DNA of 64,000 nucleotides from Trichosphaerium sp. ATCC 40318 (lineage: Eukaryota > Protista > Tubulinea). Below are positions 21,934-33,827 of the stretch, one piece after another (position 1 is the stretch's first letter; every line of letters starts with the position of its first letter). Position numbers and translations under genes: made by a program. The notes under the pieces are model-generated. The model did no database searches and was not told the DNA's origin. It saw only the letters and a program-made list of their open reading frames with translations. The stretch covers positions 1-64,000 of the forward strand of contig JALMLS010000289.1 of the NCBI GenBank assembly GCA_038496445.1, written 5' to 3'.

Positions 21934-23395
21934 ATGGCAGAACCTCGCTTTAACGGTATTGTAAACCAAGGTAATGTAGTATTTTGGCAAGTTTATTTTA
22001 GCTGAATATTCAACAAGGCGTAACCGACACCATTGGTTGTGTCGTACAATGTCTCTTCATGACACCAGAGATACGCTCCATTGTGTACATCTTTTTGTAA
22101 AAAAATAACGCAACTGACGCTGTAAAGGTACTCATGGGTTTACGATGCTCGCAGGCATGGTCCTGAGCATTTGTGTGTGATGCGGCAACTTCAACTATTG
22201 TTTGGCACTCTACAGCTAAGTAAAGGTCCAGTAAGACCAAAAGGGATATGTATAGCACTCGGTGGCACCGCTGAGGGACGTCAGAGTCAGAGTTACAGTT
22301 TCTAAAGTTGCTTAGGGATTGAACTGGACACAATACGACTTGGAATCTATTTGGGCGGAATTTGTTTCCGTAGAGCCACTACCGTATGTTTTAAGTTATG
22401 AATTATCCACGTGTCTGCGCCTTATATCACGTGGTTTTATGACAGTTCAAAAAAGTTATTTTCACTCATCTACGTCAGTTGTTGTTGATTCCTAGCTAAA
22501 CACAGCTTTAGAGCAATGCAAAAGATAGTCAACGTCATCTGTTCGTGCTATAATTTATGCAAGACGTGTAAGACTAAAAGAGCCCGTCCAGACGCACTCT
22601 CACACTTAAATTTGGTACAAACATAAGGCGACGATTGTACAATTAACAGGTCTTTAACTTTAAGCGCGCTGAACATCCATCGATTGAAGCTGCTTTGCAG
22701 GCTTATTTGACAGCTGAATTACTAACAGATAAAAACCAATACAAGTGTAGTACTTGTAAAGCTCTGAGAGATGTATATTTAGGGGTCATGATAACAGAAC
22801 TGCCAACAATTTTATTGATACAAATGGACAGATTTGTTTTTGACTTCGATTCAATGAGTATTAATAAGCGAAACAATTGCGTAACTTTTCCTCTTGAGTT
22901 AGATATGACACCATTCATTAACACATCGTTTATTGAAGAACCAATGAAAACAACAAGTCAGCGTGAGACTAGAGAACCTGAAGATGACTGTGAGATTGAA
23001 GATACAAAGGTAACATCAATGCAAATAGTTCACAAAAGACTTGTAACTTCTGTTTTAGGATGAAAATGTTTATTCACTGTATGGTGTAATATGCCATGTT
23101 GGTTTGGCCAATTCAGGATGCCATTTTGCTTGTATAAAAGACATAGCTAGTGGTGATTGGTACAAATTTGATGATAGTTACGGTATGAACTTCCCTCTTA
23201 TTTTTGCTTGTTTTTTATACTAACAATGTCGTAGTTTCAAGAATAGATGTACAGGTCGTACAGGAAATGTATGGAAAGGAAGGATCCTCAAAGAATGCAA
23301 TGATGCTATTTTATAGACGTAAAAGTTGTTCTTCAAATGTGTCATTCAGTGACGTACCAAAACGTTTACTATCTGATTTAAATTTAACCAAGTAA
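21934..23395 (+). CDS. USP (peptidase C19) family pseudo-deubiquitinase, or a decaying USP paralogue
   Basis: Cys box GIVNQG|VTDTIGCVVQCLFMTPEIR (catalytic Cys replaced by Asp); NQYKCSTC; LPTILLIQMDRF; VTFPLELDM; His box VICHVGLANSGCHFAC..DWYKFDD (GHY replaced by GCH); AMMLFYRR. Middle exons not fully resolved. Confidence 0.8.
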
Positions 23396-23426
23396 AAAAA
23401 AAAGCCACAAAAAACAGAAAGTAGTT

Positions 23427-24632
23427 TTATTGTTGATATTCAGCATCAAAGATTTTATCCATGTCAAATACAAGAGAAGGAGAGAAACATCCTTGATCAG
23501 CAGCGATTGATACAATGTATTGGAGAAGCTCTGGAGGTATGTAAGCTTGAATAGCGCGATTGAGACAAAGCATCAAGAAGAACACTTGATCTCTGAAAAC
23601 ACGAGGAAAATGAAGATGTAATCTCGGATGCCATCTGTGCTTAAGTGCAAGCTTCTTCAATTCTTTAAGCTCTTCATCTTGTTTTAGACCATCGATAATT
23701 TCCATACAACTTGTAAGTTCAGAATCTTTGATCAAGGGCGCCTTGATGCTTGCTCCATACATTCTGAGAATAAGTACTTTACTCAACTCTTTTTGTTCAA
23801 GAGCAATATTGAGTGGTGTTGCCATGACTCGTACATTACGAAGTCCTGAGTGGTAGCCGTCTTCACGTGGATCATCAATACCAATAGATGCTTCAGGTTT
23901 AGGTATTTCTACTTGTTCTATGTATTGTTTTCTCAACTCAACATCAGCGCCATGATGTAACAGAAGTAAAAGCGAAAGTGCTTTGTAATTCTCTCCACTT
24001 GACACCAATACACAGTGTAATGCTGTGCTCTTTGTATCCTCCATGTACCCATACTCATTGTCCACACGCTTTCGATTGAATGCATTGGGATCAGCTGAAG
24101 CAGCAAGTAGTATTTGTAATACTCTTGGGTTACTCGAAGCTCTTGTTAAAAGTGTTACTTTTGAGCTACTGTCTGTCCTCATAGTTGATCCCCCAGTTGA
24201 AATCGTGCCGTTAGGATTAGCACCTTTCTGTAGAGCGTATTTGAATAGGTCGTAGAGCTCTTGAGTCGGACTGGCAAAGAGACGGTCGATAATAACCTGG
24301 AAAGCACTTTTTGTAACTCCACGAAGCATCCAGCCACCCTGGGAATAAGTGCTATTTATATCAGCACCATGTTCAAGAAGTAGAGTGATTAATTGATAGT
24401 TTAATTCCTTGTTTGTGGAGGTTTGTACTTTTTCCTTTGTACCAAGCGCTAAGTGAAGCACATTGTAGCTAAACAACGTTAAATTAACTATTTTGTGCCT
24501 GTTATTGTCTTACGCGCAAGAATCCCATCCTTCACTGTCGTCTATTCGTTCGTTGGCGTTAGCTCCTTTTTTTAGCAGCTTTTTTACTTCCTCTATATCG
24601 TTTGAGGCAATAGCTGTTTTTAAAGACGTCAT
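23427..24632 (-). CDS. Ankyrin-repeat protein with C-terminal F-box/SOCS-like motif (2 exons)
   Basis: IEEVKKLLKKGANAN, LLLEHGADIN, TALHCV..LLLHHGADV, TPLNIAL. C-terminus WHPRLHLHFPRVFRDQVFFLMLC...IPPELLQYIVS. Confidence 0.85.
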
Positions 24633-25471
24633 TTCAGTAGTTGTTCGGTGGTTGCGTTTGAGAAGAAAATAGTATAAATAGATTTTATTCTCAAAAATTG
24701 TTTGACTTTGTTAGACGTTGTTAACTTTGTTTAACTGAATACAATACTCACGTGGCTTGGGTTCACAAATATTATTTTATCAAATGTCAGTTGCTATTGG
24801 TAGAAATGTAAGCCACGTATTACCGCCAAAGAACATTTGTGTCTCTTACACTACGAATTTTGGCGAAATACCAATAACAAACCACATGTGCGGCAGTTTG
24901 AGTGTGACTGTGCAAAAGCTAAGGTAGGGGCCAGCACAGTTTTTGCACAAAGTTTACAATTTGTCAAAATGGCAATTTGCTACTTTTACTGCATTTTATG
25001 GAATCTTTACAATGCTATTTATCACTGCAATCATTGTTGTACTATTTTTTGTGTCTCATAGTATACAATATACTATAGAGTACTGTGAAGTAGTGAGAAA
25101 TTATTTCGTTAATGCAGTGGTGAGAAAAAGTATTGCCAGCGCTGCCAATTTATTTTCTACCTTGTAATTTTAGGTATTTTCGCAAATTCTCTAATTTTAG
25201 GCAAATTGTACAAATTACACAAAAACTGTGCTGCCCCTAGGATAAAAGCGCACTATTATTCAAAAGATGGCTTCACATGTCGCTATCGAATAGATTTACC
25301 TGTTATTGGACTGGGTAGATTCAAAACTTACCCCAAAAAGCAAAAAAAAAAAACAGTTTATTTCATTTTGACAGACATTTTACTAACATGTATTTTTGTG
25401 TACAAACAGAAAAAAATAAGAGCGAAAGGGCAACTTCATTAAAGTTCTCCAAGTGTGTTCTTTAAGATGAT

Positions 25472-27088
25472 TCAATCTAATGGTTCGTCCATTGAAGGTT
25501 CAGGAGGCAATGCAGATCTTTCTGATAAACTGGATATTGTAGGTGATTTCTTTTGCTTTCTAGGTGACTTTGGAGAAGTAGGAAGAGGTCGAAGACTATT
25601 CGGTGAATGTTTTCTTGGTTGCTTTGGAGGTGATCCGCCAATACCTGGTAAAACAAGCTCTTTTGGGCTTGCTATAGGTTTGAGTACAGCTGCTTGTGTA
25701 TGTAGAGTAGAACCAGGCATCATTGTATGTCTTGAGTACTTTCTTTTTCTTTCCCAAGGAAAGATTGTCGGTGATGATTTTGTTGGTGCTTCTACTGATT
25801 TATTTATTATTGGTTTTGCTGTAGTTTTTTTTGTTTTTGAAACACCAACTTTTGACGGTTGTTTGCTGCTATTGGTGTTGAAAGACGACTTTGTTGTCAA
25901 CTTTGGTGATGATTCTTCAGCGATTGGTTCTGAGCGCTCTGGTTGCATTGTTCTTCTTCTGTTGGGTGTCGCTTTTGAGGGCTTTAAACCAGTAACACTA
26001 GAACAAAAATGTAAGAAAATGTTGTTTGACATTTTTAATTCGAAAAAGTAGCAAAAAAGGGAAAGCTTACTTCATCAATGGTGCAGTGTCTGATCTATTA
26101 AATAACTTAGTCAGCGGAGGTGGAGCATCATAGCTCATGCTAGAAGGGCGTGACCTTGGTGGTGTCGGATCTCTATTAGTTTCCTTCGCATTAGGTCCAG
26201 TGCTTATCGTTTCATGTTGTGTTTTAATTACAGGCATTGAAGAAGACGACACTTTTCCTGTTGTTGCTCCCTTTCCTGCGCTTACAAGACCCTTTTTCTT
26301 TCCTGGCCTAGGAGGTCTTGGTGTTGACTTGTGTTTCTTGTGCTTCTTAGTGTTAAATAGGTTCGCTCCAAAGCTTGTTGTGTCGTGTTTGATGACTTCA
26401 ATCGACGGTCTTTCAGGTGTCGCTGCTGAAGCTGATTGATATCCGCTCTTACGCCCATTAGCACCATTTTCTCTTTTTGGCGATTTGCTTCTCTTCGAAA
26501 GAGTGTAAGCGAGGAAATTATTCGTAGTTGTAGATTGCGAGAAGGAAACAAAAAAGACAATATTAAACTGTTCTTTCTATATTAGGGCTCGTCCAAATTA
26601 AAAAAAACAAATCCAAAAAATAGTGTTTTTTAAATCTTACCTTACAGCTTATAAGATCAATATTCGGCCAAACCCTTCTTATCTCATGTAGAGCCCTATA
26701 ATTAATCGTTTTAATTTAAAAGTTGTGCGTTGGTAAAAACAAAAAACACGAAAAATTTTCCAACAAGAGGATTTCTCTTCACTTGAAGCCTAAAATCATA
26801 TCACGTGCACAAGGCAGATACTTTTCTCGGTTTTCAAAAAAAAAATTACTGTTTCGCATTACAACCTTCTAAACCTACGTACTGTTTCTTTGTCCATATG
26901 TGGGGTAGCGTTAAAGACAACGACACGCACGTGCTCATATTTTTATTGTTGTTTGGCATTAATTTGAAGGCTTGAATCGGCAACAAGCTCACCATAGGCG
27001 CAAGAATCAATCTGTTAAAGAGGAACGGTGAATTTGGTCCTTCCTCTTGGTATGGCACGCTATTCACTTTTATCTCAAGCGTCGTCAT
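25472..27088 (-). CDS. Low-complexity Ser/Pro/Lys/Thr-rich protein (multi-exon, structure uncertain)
   Basis: Open disordered exons at 25472-~25998 and ~26070-26440 bounded by splice-like signals; possible first exon at 27088. Confidence 0.5.
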
Positions 27089-27469
27089 TGTACACGTGTT
27101 TTAGAGCGGTTTGTATTTTTGTTTTCGTTAGAATCAAACCAACTATGTTTGGGGTTTTGTTTGGGCTTTGATTGGGTGCCTGTCTTACGCACTTGAGGGT
27201 TTCTCGCTGTGAAATTTAGTATTGTGATATTCAATACCAGTCTAGCGCTACCACGTGATTCTAGCTAGTTGCGCATGTCAAGTGTACGTGTCGTTCACGT
27301 ATATGTAGATCAGTGTCGATAGGAGTCGGTCGTGATTGTACTGGTATTTTTTTATGCTAGCGCAAGTGTTGTTATACGCTTTGCAATGTTTGTGACGGTC
27401 CAATGATCGCTTGTACGCACTTTAGTAAATCCCTAAAGCAGAAAAGCTTGTTAGCTCATATTTCTTTTG

Positions 27470-28831
27470 TTAGCTAATCACGTGCCGCTGAATGGCGCGT
27501 TTATTAGGTTTCTCAAGTGTCCATAATTGCCATTTCATATTTGGATGAAGAACTTTAAGTACAGCTGGGTAATAGCGTAGGATACCTGCTCCACCTAGAT
27601 TTTCAATCTCTACCCTTGCAACGCGATACCTATATTTAACAAATATTACTAAATAAGAAAGCTAAAAATGACACATGCCACAGTTCTGGTGTATGTATAT
27701 TTAGCTTTCTTTCGACTTCTTTTAGGAATGTTATGCAGTTTTTCTCTGACTCCCAATACCCTCTAGGTTTTGGTTCGTGCCTTTGATATATAAATAAGAC
27801 TAGGTATTACTTGACCTAAGTATCGTACTTTTTGGTATGTTCAAGCCATTCAAAATGAGGGTAAATTCGTTTCAATGCCTTTGACAATGTATTATTGAAC
27901 CTTCAATAAGTAAGCATGCTTGCGACCTTGTAAGGATATTACTTATTCATTATTCCTCCTGCACCTAGAGATATAACAGCTGTGATTGATACATCATACC
28001 AATCATCAAACGTATGGATACCAAGTTCTTCAGCAACATGTTCAAACTTTTCTCTTTGCGTATTTTTGTTATCCCAACATCCTTTAGGGACATTCCTGTT
28101 CTTTACTTAGAATCTCACTCACTTCCCTAGCACGTACAAAAACCTCCATACTTTCCAGTCGTAATGTGGGTATACATGTTTCATCAATTCCATTATAGAC
28201 CTTCTAACAAGACGCTTAGAAAAAAAAAGGGTAAAATAGAAAAAAGTAAACAACACTCACCTATTTATGAGTTTTCTACCACCGTACTTAACGATGGTAT
28301 TGCTAGTCATAGAATACCAATCCTCTAGTATCTTGACACCTGCCTTGTCAGCTATTTTGTTCACTTTAAGCGCCAATTCTGACATCTCCTGAGTACGAAT
28401 CGGAGCCAGAAGGCCAGACCTTGTTGGTAATGAGTTTTCATTCGAAAAAATGTACACGTGCTTGAAGCGCCAAGAAAACCATCTGTAGTACGGGTAGGTG
28501 GTTGATAATAGTTTAGAGAGTGAATTTTGATGGCTAGTACGAACAGTTGGTGGTTTGTTGGCGTTTTTTCGTTTTTTGCATATAACTTGCCTTTTGAGTA
28601 TTGAAACATGTCCTCTATCTCGTATTAAGTTGCACGGTACGCTGTACCAGTCGTCTAGTGTTTTCAGAGCCAAATTTTGTCCAATACCGTCAATTTTAGA
28701 TTTTAACGCATTCACGTAGTCATAGCGCATAGTAGCCTTCACTCTAGAGATGTATTAGTGAAACCAAATAGATATCTGCAAACAAATGCTTTAATAATCC
28801 CATACGCAACAAAATCCACTGCAAGCGACAT
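27470..28831 (-). CDS. Protein of tandem Trp-rich helical repeats (L-x-D-W-Y...GG..LL...SL...L...YP...W..W.F)
   Basis: At least three or four repeats across exons: LKTLDDWYSV..RG..ILK..SLSKLLSTTYPYYRWFSWRF; ILEDWYSM..YGGRKLI; IHTFDDWYDV; WYRV..LGGAGIL..HPNMKWQLW. Confidence 0.65.
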
Positions 28832-29234
28832 TGTGAGGTGGTAGAGGACGAAATCTAAACAAGACTTAATATAATGTCGGTTTCAGTCAAGTTAGCCAAC
28901 GTAGTGTCGTGCTTCTGAACAGCAGGTTCTCCAAAACACTCCAAGCTTTACTCAAAGAATCAACTTTTGCCGCTGGATTTGACCCTAAATAACGCTATTG
29001 TTTTAGCGCTACGCCTGATTTTTCAGGATGGTTTGTGAGCATAGGTAACCTTGTGCAACTCTGCAAGCTACACCGTTAGTGTAACCTTATGAAGTACTTC
29101 ACGTGAGTATAAAAGCAGAAAGTCACGTGCGTGCTACAAATCGAAAGTGGCCTTTTACAAAGTAGGCTTAGCGCTACAATATAATAGCGGATTTGACTAC
29201 TAGCTTGTAAGTCAAGTACTGATCCACTTGTGTG

Positions 29235-29660
29235 CACATAGTTGTCACCAACAAACTGGCTGTTTGTTGCTCTCTTGACAATTCAATAACGCTTTTCTCA
29301 TATTTATCTTGCTTGCTCTCATTGCTCTTTGTTGTTTTTTATGTAACAACTCTAGTGTTTACGCGCCTGTTTCTGGATTTTCGTACAATCCATGGTGGAG
29401 AAGAATGCACTGAAAAAACAAATTTGTTTTGTAGCGAAGGTATTTCTTGTTTTTCTTTTGTTTCATTGTACATATAACTTTTGTTCTACAGCCTCGATTA
29501 TTGGCAAGCGGTCCTCACCAAAACCTCTGTATATGTAACATACGCATGTTTGACCGAGTGGTTTATGGTGAATGGTATGAGTCTATTTGGGAGAGATCCC
29601 TCGCGGGTTCGAATCCTGCAACATGCAATTTTTGCACTGTTTTACTGTTCACGTGGCTTA
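29235..29660 (+). repeat. ~420-bp dispersed repeat containing a tRNA, copy B
   Basis: Inverted homolog of 21420-21840. Confidence 0.85.
29544..29627 (+). tRNA. tRNA-Leu-derived gene with altered anticodon loop (anticodon UGA = Ser; A at position 33), probably a pseudogene or alloacceptor
   Basis: Same acceptor and D arms as copy A; AATGG-TATGAGT-CTATT; intact variable arm GGGA-GAGA-TCCC; GCGGG-TTCGAAT-CCTGC; discriminator A; T5 downstream. Confidence 0.7.
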
Positions 29661-29931
29661 CGCAAACAGAAAATATTTACTTCAATAAAACATGTGTAGT
29701 TGAAGACAACCGATGAGCCTTTTGACTAGATCCAAAAACCACCACCATAACTTTTCACCTACAGGGTTTGCACTACATTCTGCGAAATTAGGCGGCATGT
29801 TGTATTTCTTCCAAGTCCGTTCTGTTGGAGGCTTCTTGTACAACATTTTTGCAGAAAATAGCTGCCATTTTTCAGTCAATTGTGGCTCTTCTCAATTTCG
29901 CAAAAAAGTAGTGCAAACCCACAGTCAAACG

Positions 29932-31383
29932 ATGAATGAGGATATCTTTGACACCACAAGCGACAATGGAATTATTTATAAACAATTTGAAGACATGAAT
30001 CTAAAACAGACAACTTTAAGGTTTAATTTGAGCTTTACCACAATACAACTCTCTTACTACTCTACAAGAGGGCTATATGATACTGGTATTACAACACCAA
30101 CGCTCATTCAACGCTCTGTAATTGTACATATCAACGCTGGTGCGTTTGTAGTATTTGTGTATTTGTTGCTCACTTCACAATGCTGTACAGGCACTGATGT
30201 TATTATTACCTCGACTGGTACTTCGACATCTATTGCTTATATTGTTGGTGTTATAAATCAGATTGATTCATCTCAAAACGTGCTTCAAGGTGTTATTCTA
30301 GTTGAAGAAGACAACATTGCAAGCCACGTTTATAGTCTGGTCAACAAAATATCACGTCACACGCCAATAAAAACTCAACTTTTGTTGAACAAATATACAT
30401 CACGTGATACCCAAAAGTCATTCACAAATGCACATGTTATTATTGGTACTCCTTCAATTGTACTATTCGCAATTCCTGTGTGTAATTGTTGTTATTAGTA
30501 TAAGCTCATCATTTTCTGTAGTTTATTGATGTCTCTTCTGTAAAGGTTCTGTGTTTAGATGACTTACTGTCTACAGAAAATTATAAAGACACAATGGAGA
30601 TATACTCAATTCTACCACCGAATATTCAAGTATCTTTGTGCAACGGCTATCCAAATTTAATATACAAAGACTTTTCTAAACGCACAACAAGAAATGCAAT
30701 AGAATCACCAGACTGTCATTACCCTTTTTGCAGTGTACAGAAATATTCATATTGAGTTTCTATTAAATGTCACTGTTTTGACTTTTACCAATAGGATATA
30801 CCACAATATTATATTGATACAAGCATAGATGATTACAAGTTTGATACACTAAAAGATTTATTAGATGAAGTGACATACGACACTATTGTTTTTTGTAACA
30901 ATGACACAAACAGAAGAACAGTATATAACAGCCTCATTAATGATTATGGCCGAGTACTGCTTTAAATAAGCTAATGTTTATATAAATTAATAACAGCACA
31001 TAGGTGAATACAATCAATGACTCTATGGATGAGGAAGAGATGTATCAATCAGTAACGGTAAGTCATGATATCAACATTTACTTTTAACTTTATCTTAGAA
31101 GTTCAATACTGGATATTATTCTGTTATTGTTCTATCCACAAACTTCAAAAGAAGACTCCTTGATATAAGAAATACATCCTTTGTTGTGTTTTATGATATC
31201 CCTCAAACTGCCAAGGAATACTGTAAATGCATTGGAAGATATGGTCGTTTTGATAGAAGGAGATTTTCAGTAGTATTAGTAACAGAAAAGAATATTCATC
31301 AAATGCACTCTATTGAAAATCAAAGTAACAACCGCATATATGATTTTCCTGCTCACTACCCGTTTACTACAAATGAATCTTAA
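29932..31383 (+). CDS. eIF4A-like DEAD-box pseudo-helicase (catalytic motifs degenerate)
   Basis: Q-motif region FEDMNLKQTTLRGLYDTGITTPTLIQ. Motif I changed to TSTGTST; Ia to VEEDNIA; HVIIGTP kept; DEAD to DDLL; IVFCN kept; VI to KCIGRYGRFDRR. Length and domain order match eIF4A; introns splice GT-AG. Confidence 0.8.
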
Positions 31384-32131
31384 TTGTAAATAAAAAGATG
31401 TTTGAATTCTTCCACTTAGATACCAGTATTGTTCTTCACAATATTGGTTATCATTAGCTGGAAGTTTCAAAAAACAAAGGTGTTGTGAAACTATTTTTTA
31501 CCCAAGCGCAGCCACAAACAGCTACTAGACGTCTTTAAAAATAGCTATTCTTGATTGGGTGATCGTGGATTCATCAATATGGCTAGTTTCTGGTATGTTT
31601 TTTTGCTTTTATTGTTAGTTATCACCTAGTTTGTTGCCTGTTGGCAAGTATAAACTTGAGGTATGTGACGGTTTCCATCTTTAGTCATACTGCAGCTTCC
31701 TAAGACCACCTAGTAGTGCCCAACCGATGGTTCCTAAGTCACGTGGATGTGATTGTCAATTTATGGCGTGTAGAATATGTATGTTTGAAGATACAACCGC
31801 TTGTCCTCGACAAAGTGGTGGCGGAAATAGTACGAAATAAATAGCCACTCTTTCGACTTTGTTGATGTTTACATAGTTTTATAGTACCTCTTGGCATAGA
31901 TTGTTGTTGTTGATGTGAGGTTTGCACAAAGTGTCGTTCGTATTTAATTAGTGTAATTACACTGCGTATTCAATTGGCTAAGGGATGCCATTGCTTGTAT
32001 TCTCCTTCTCGTTTACCAAATTTAGCATAAAGTCAACTTTGGTCCTTCTTTTAGCGTTTACAGTTTCGTTTTCAAAGAGAGCGTTGACAATTGTTGTCAG
32101 ACCAAAATCACAAGAAATTATAGCGCTACTA

Positions 32132-33365
32132 ATGAGGTAAGCTGGTTTTTTCCCTTGTTAACGACCAAAACTAACGCTAAATAGCTGCTCAATTCTTACT
32201 ATGCCGCCTGAATTACAATTTATGGTGTTTGAGAAGGATTGCGAGCTTTACACGTTTTGGCCGCTTCTATGTCGTCAATTCGCGTTTTGTTCGCGATACG
32301 ATACAGCCATGAACAAACACGGCCACTTTAAATCCTATAACGCTGATGGGAAGCTGTTACAACAAGTAAAGTTCATACACGGCCTGAAACATGGTGAATA
32401 CAAATCGTACAACGAACACTGGGTATCATGTACTTACAATCAAGGAAAATTGGAAGGAAAGTTTACAGCACAGTACTATGACACGTATGTGAAAAGAAAC
32501 TTGTTTCTAAGAAATCACGTGTTTTGTCTAACATTCTTGTTTAAACAACTACTTGAGAATTGAGGGCTTACTAATATTTAGGCGCTTTTTGTGTGACTGT
32601 ACACTTGAGTGTAATTATGAGAATGGCATGCGTGAAGGATCAAGTCAGGTTTCTCATAAGCGTGGTGATAAAAAGTGTTTACTTCAACAGGATTTTTATG
32701 TACATGATTTGAAACATGGCAAATCAACTTCTTGGAGCACAAAGTATGATCTTAAAGTTGGTGAATGCTTCTACAAGAATGGATTACATCATGGCAGTTA
32801 TACAAAATGGGATATTTTTGGAAATACCTCAATGAGAGGTAATTACATAGACGGGAAAATGGATGGTACTTTTGAGACTTTTATTTATGGAAGACTTGAA
32901 GATGTTTGTCACTTCAAGAATGGTCTTAGACATGGTCTTCATGAAAGATTTGATCATCTTAATAAGCGTCTCCTTTGTTGCGAATACAAAGATGGCGAAC
33001 TACATGGAGAGTATAGAAAGTGGATTTCAAATCCAACAGTACACGCTTTAGTAGAATGTGGTGTTTACTTGAATGGCAAAAAAAATGGAGTTTACAAGAT
33101 ATTCCATGAACCACTCTTGTATATAAGGCCGCCTCTTCCTACCACAATATCCAAGATATGGGAGAAGATAACATATGTTGATGGCGTTAAACATGGATTG
33201 TATGAGCGCTTTAGTAAAAAAGGATCATTGGTTATGACTTGTAATTATGTTAATGGTGTTATTCATGGTGAGGTAAAAAGATGGAAATGTAGGTATGGCG
33301 CAAGACGTCAAAGTCACTTTTATTCTCATGGAGTACTAATTAAAAAAACCAAATTACAAAACTAA
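32132..33365 (+). CDS. F-box-like + MORN-variant repeat protein (3 exons)
   Basis: ATG AG|GTAAGC..TAG|C gives MSCSILTMPPELQFMVF; repeats YKNGLHHG, FKNGLRHG, YKDGELHG, YVDGVKHG, YVNGVIHG. Confidence 0.85.
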
Positions 33366-33827
33366 AGCAAGTGTTAAGCCCTACCTTATTTATGTCTCAT
33401 AATGTAACTGCAAATACAATTTTCTTCAATTGATACAATAAAATATTCTGTTATTCTTGTTGTCCTCATAACTTTCTTATTTTCGCCGTCGTTTATCAGC
33501 GACCCATCCCTTACATTCACCATTTAGTTTACTGTCGGCCACTTAATCTGGTACACAAGTTGTGCATTCTCATACCATTGTTTACTCACCCCATGTCAAG
33601 TTTTGCCAATAAAACAGCATTCCATCGAGACTGTTGTAAACAAAGAAATCTGGTTTATTTTATTTTTTTAATGTACATTGTAATTTACAACAAATTGAAT
33701 GGTATCCACTTTTTTTTTGCTTGTGTCTTCTTGTTTACGATTTTCTTTTGTATATGTGTTACTTAGACACTTCTTTTATGCATTTATGCATGTAGATAAC
33801 GATCAAGAAAAAAAAACTTTCTTCTTT

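Noticed and set aside
25455-26439. Long plus-strand ORFs (198 aa, 100 aa)
   Set aside because: Antisense shadows of low-complexity minus-strand exons; the same applies to the shadows at 12598, 20694 and 60412-61038.
29544-29627. Selenocysteine or UGA-suppressor tRNA
   Set aside because: The anticodon is 5'-UGA-3' (reads UCA), not UCA, and the acceptor/T-arm geometry is canonical 7/5.
29447-29716. ORFs running through the tRNA repeat
   Set aside because: They overlap the tRNA structure, and the two repeat copies do not clearly conserve a protein; no protein-like features.
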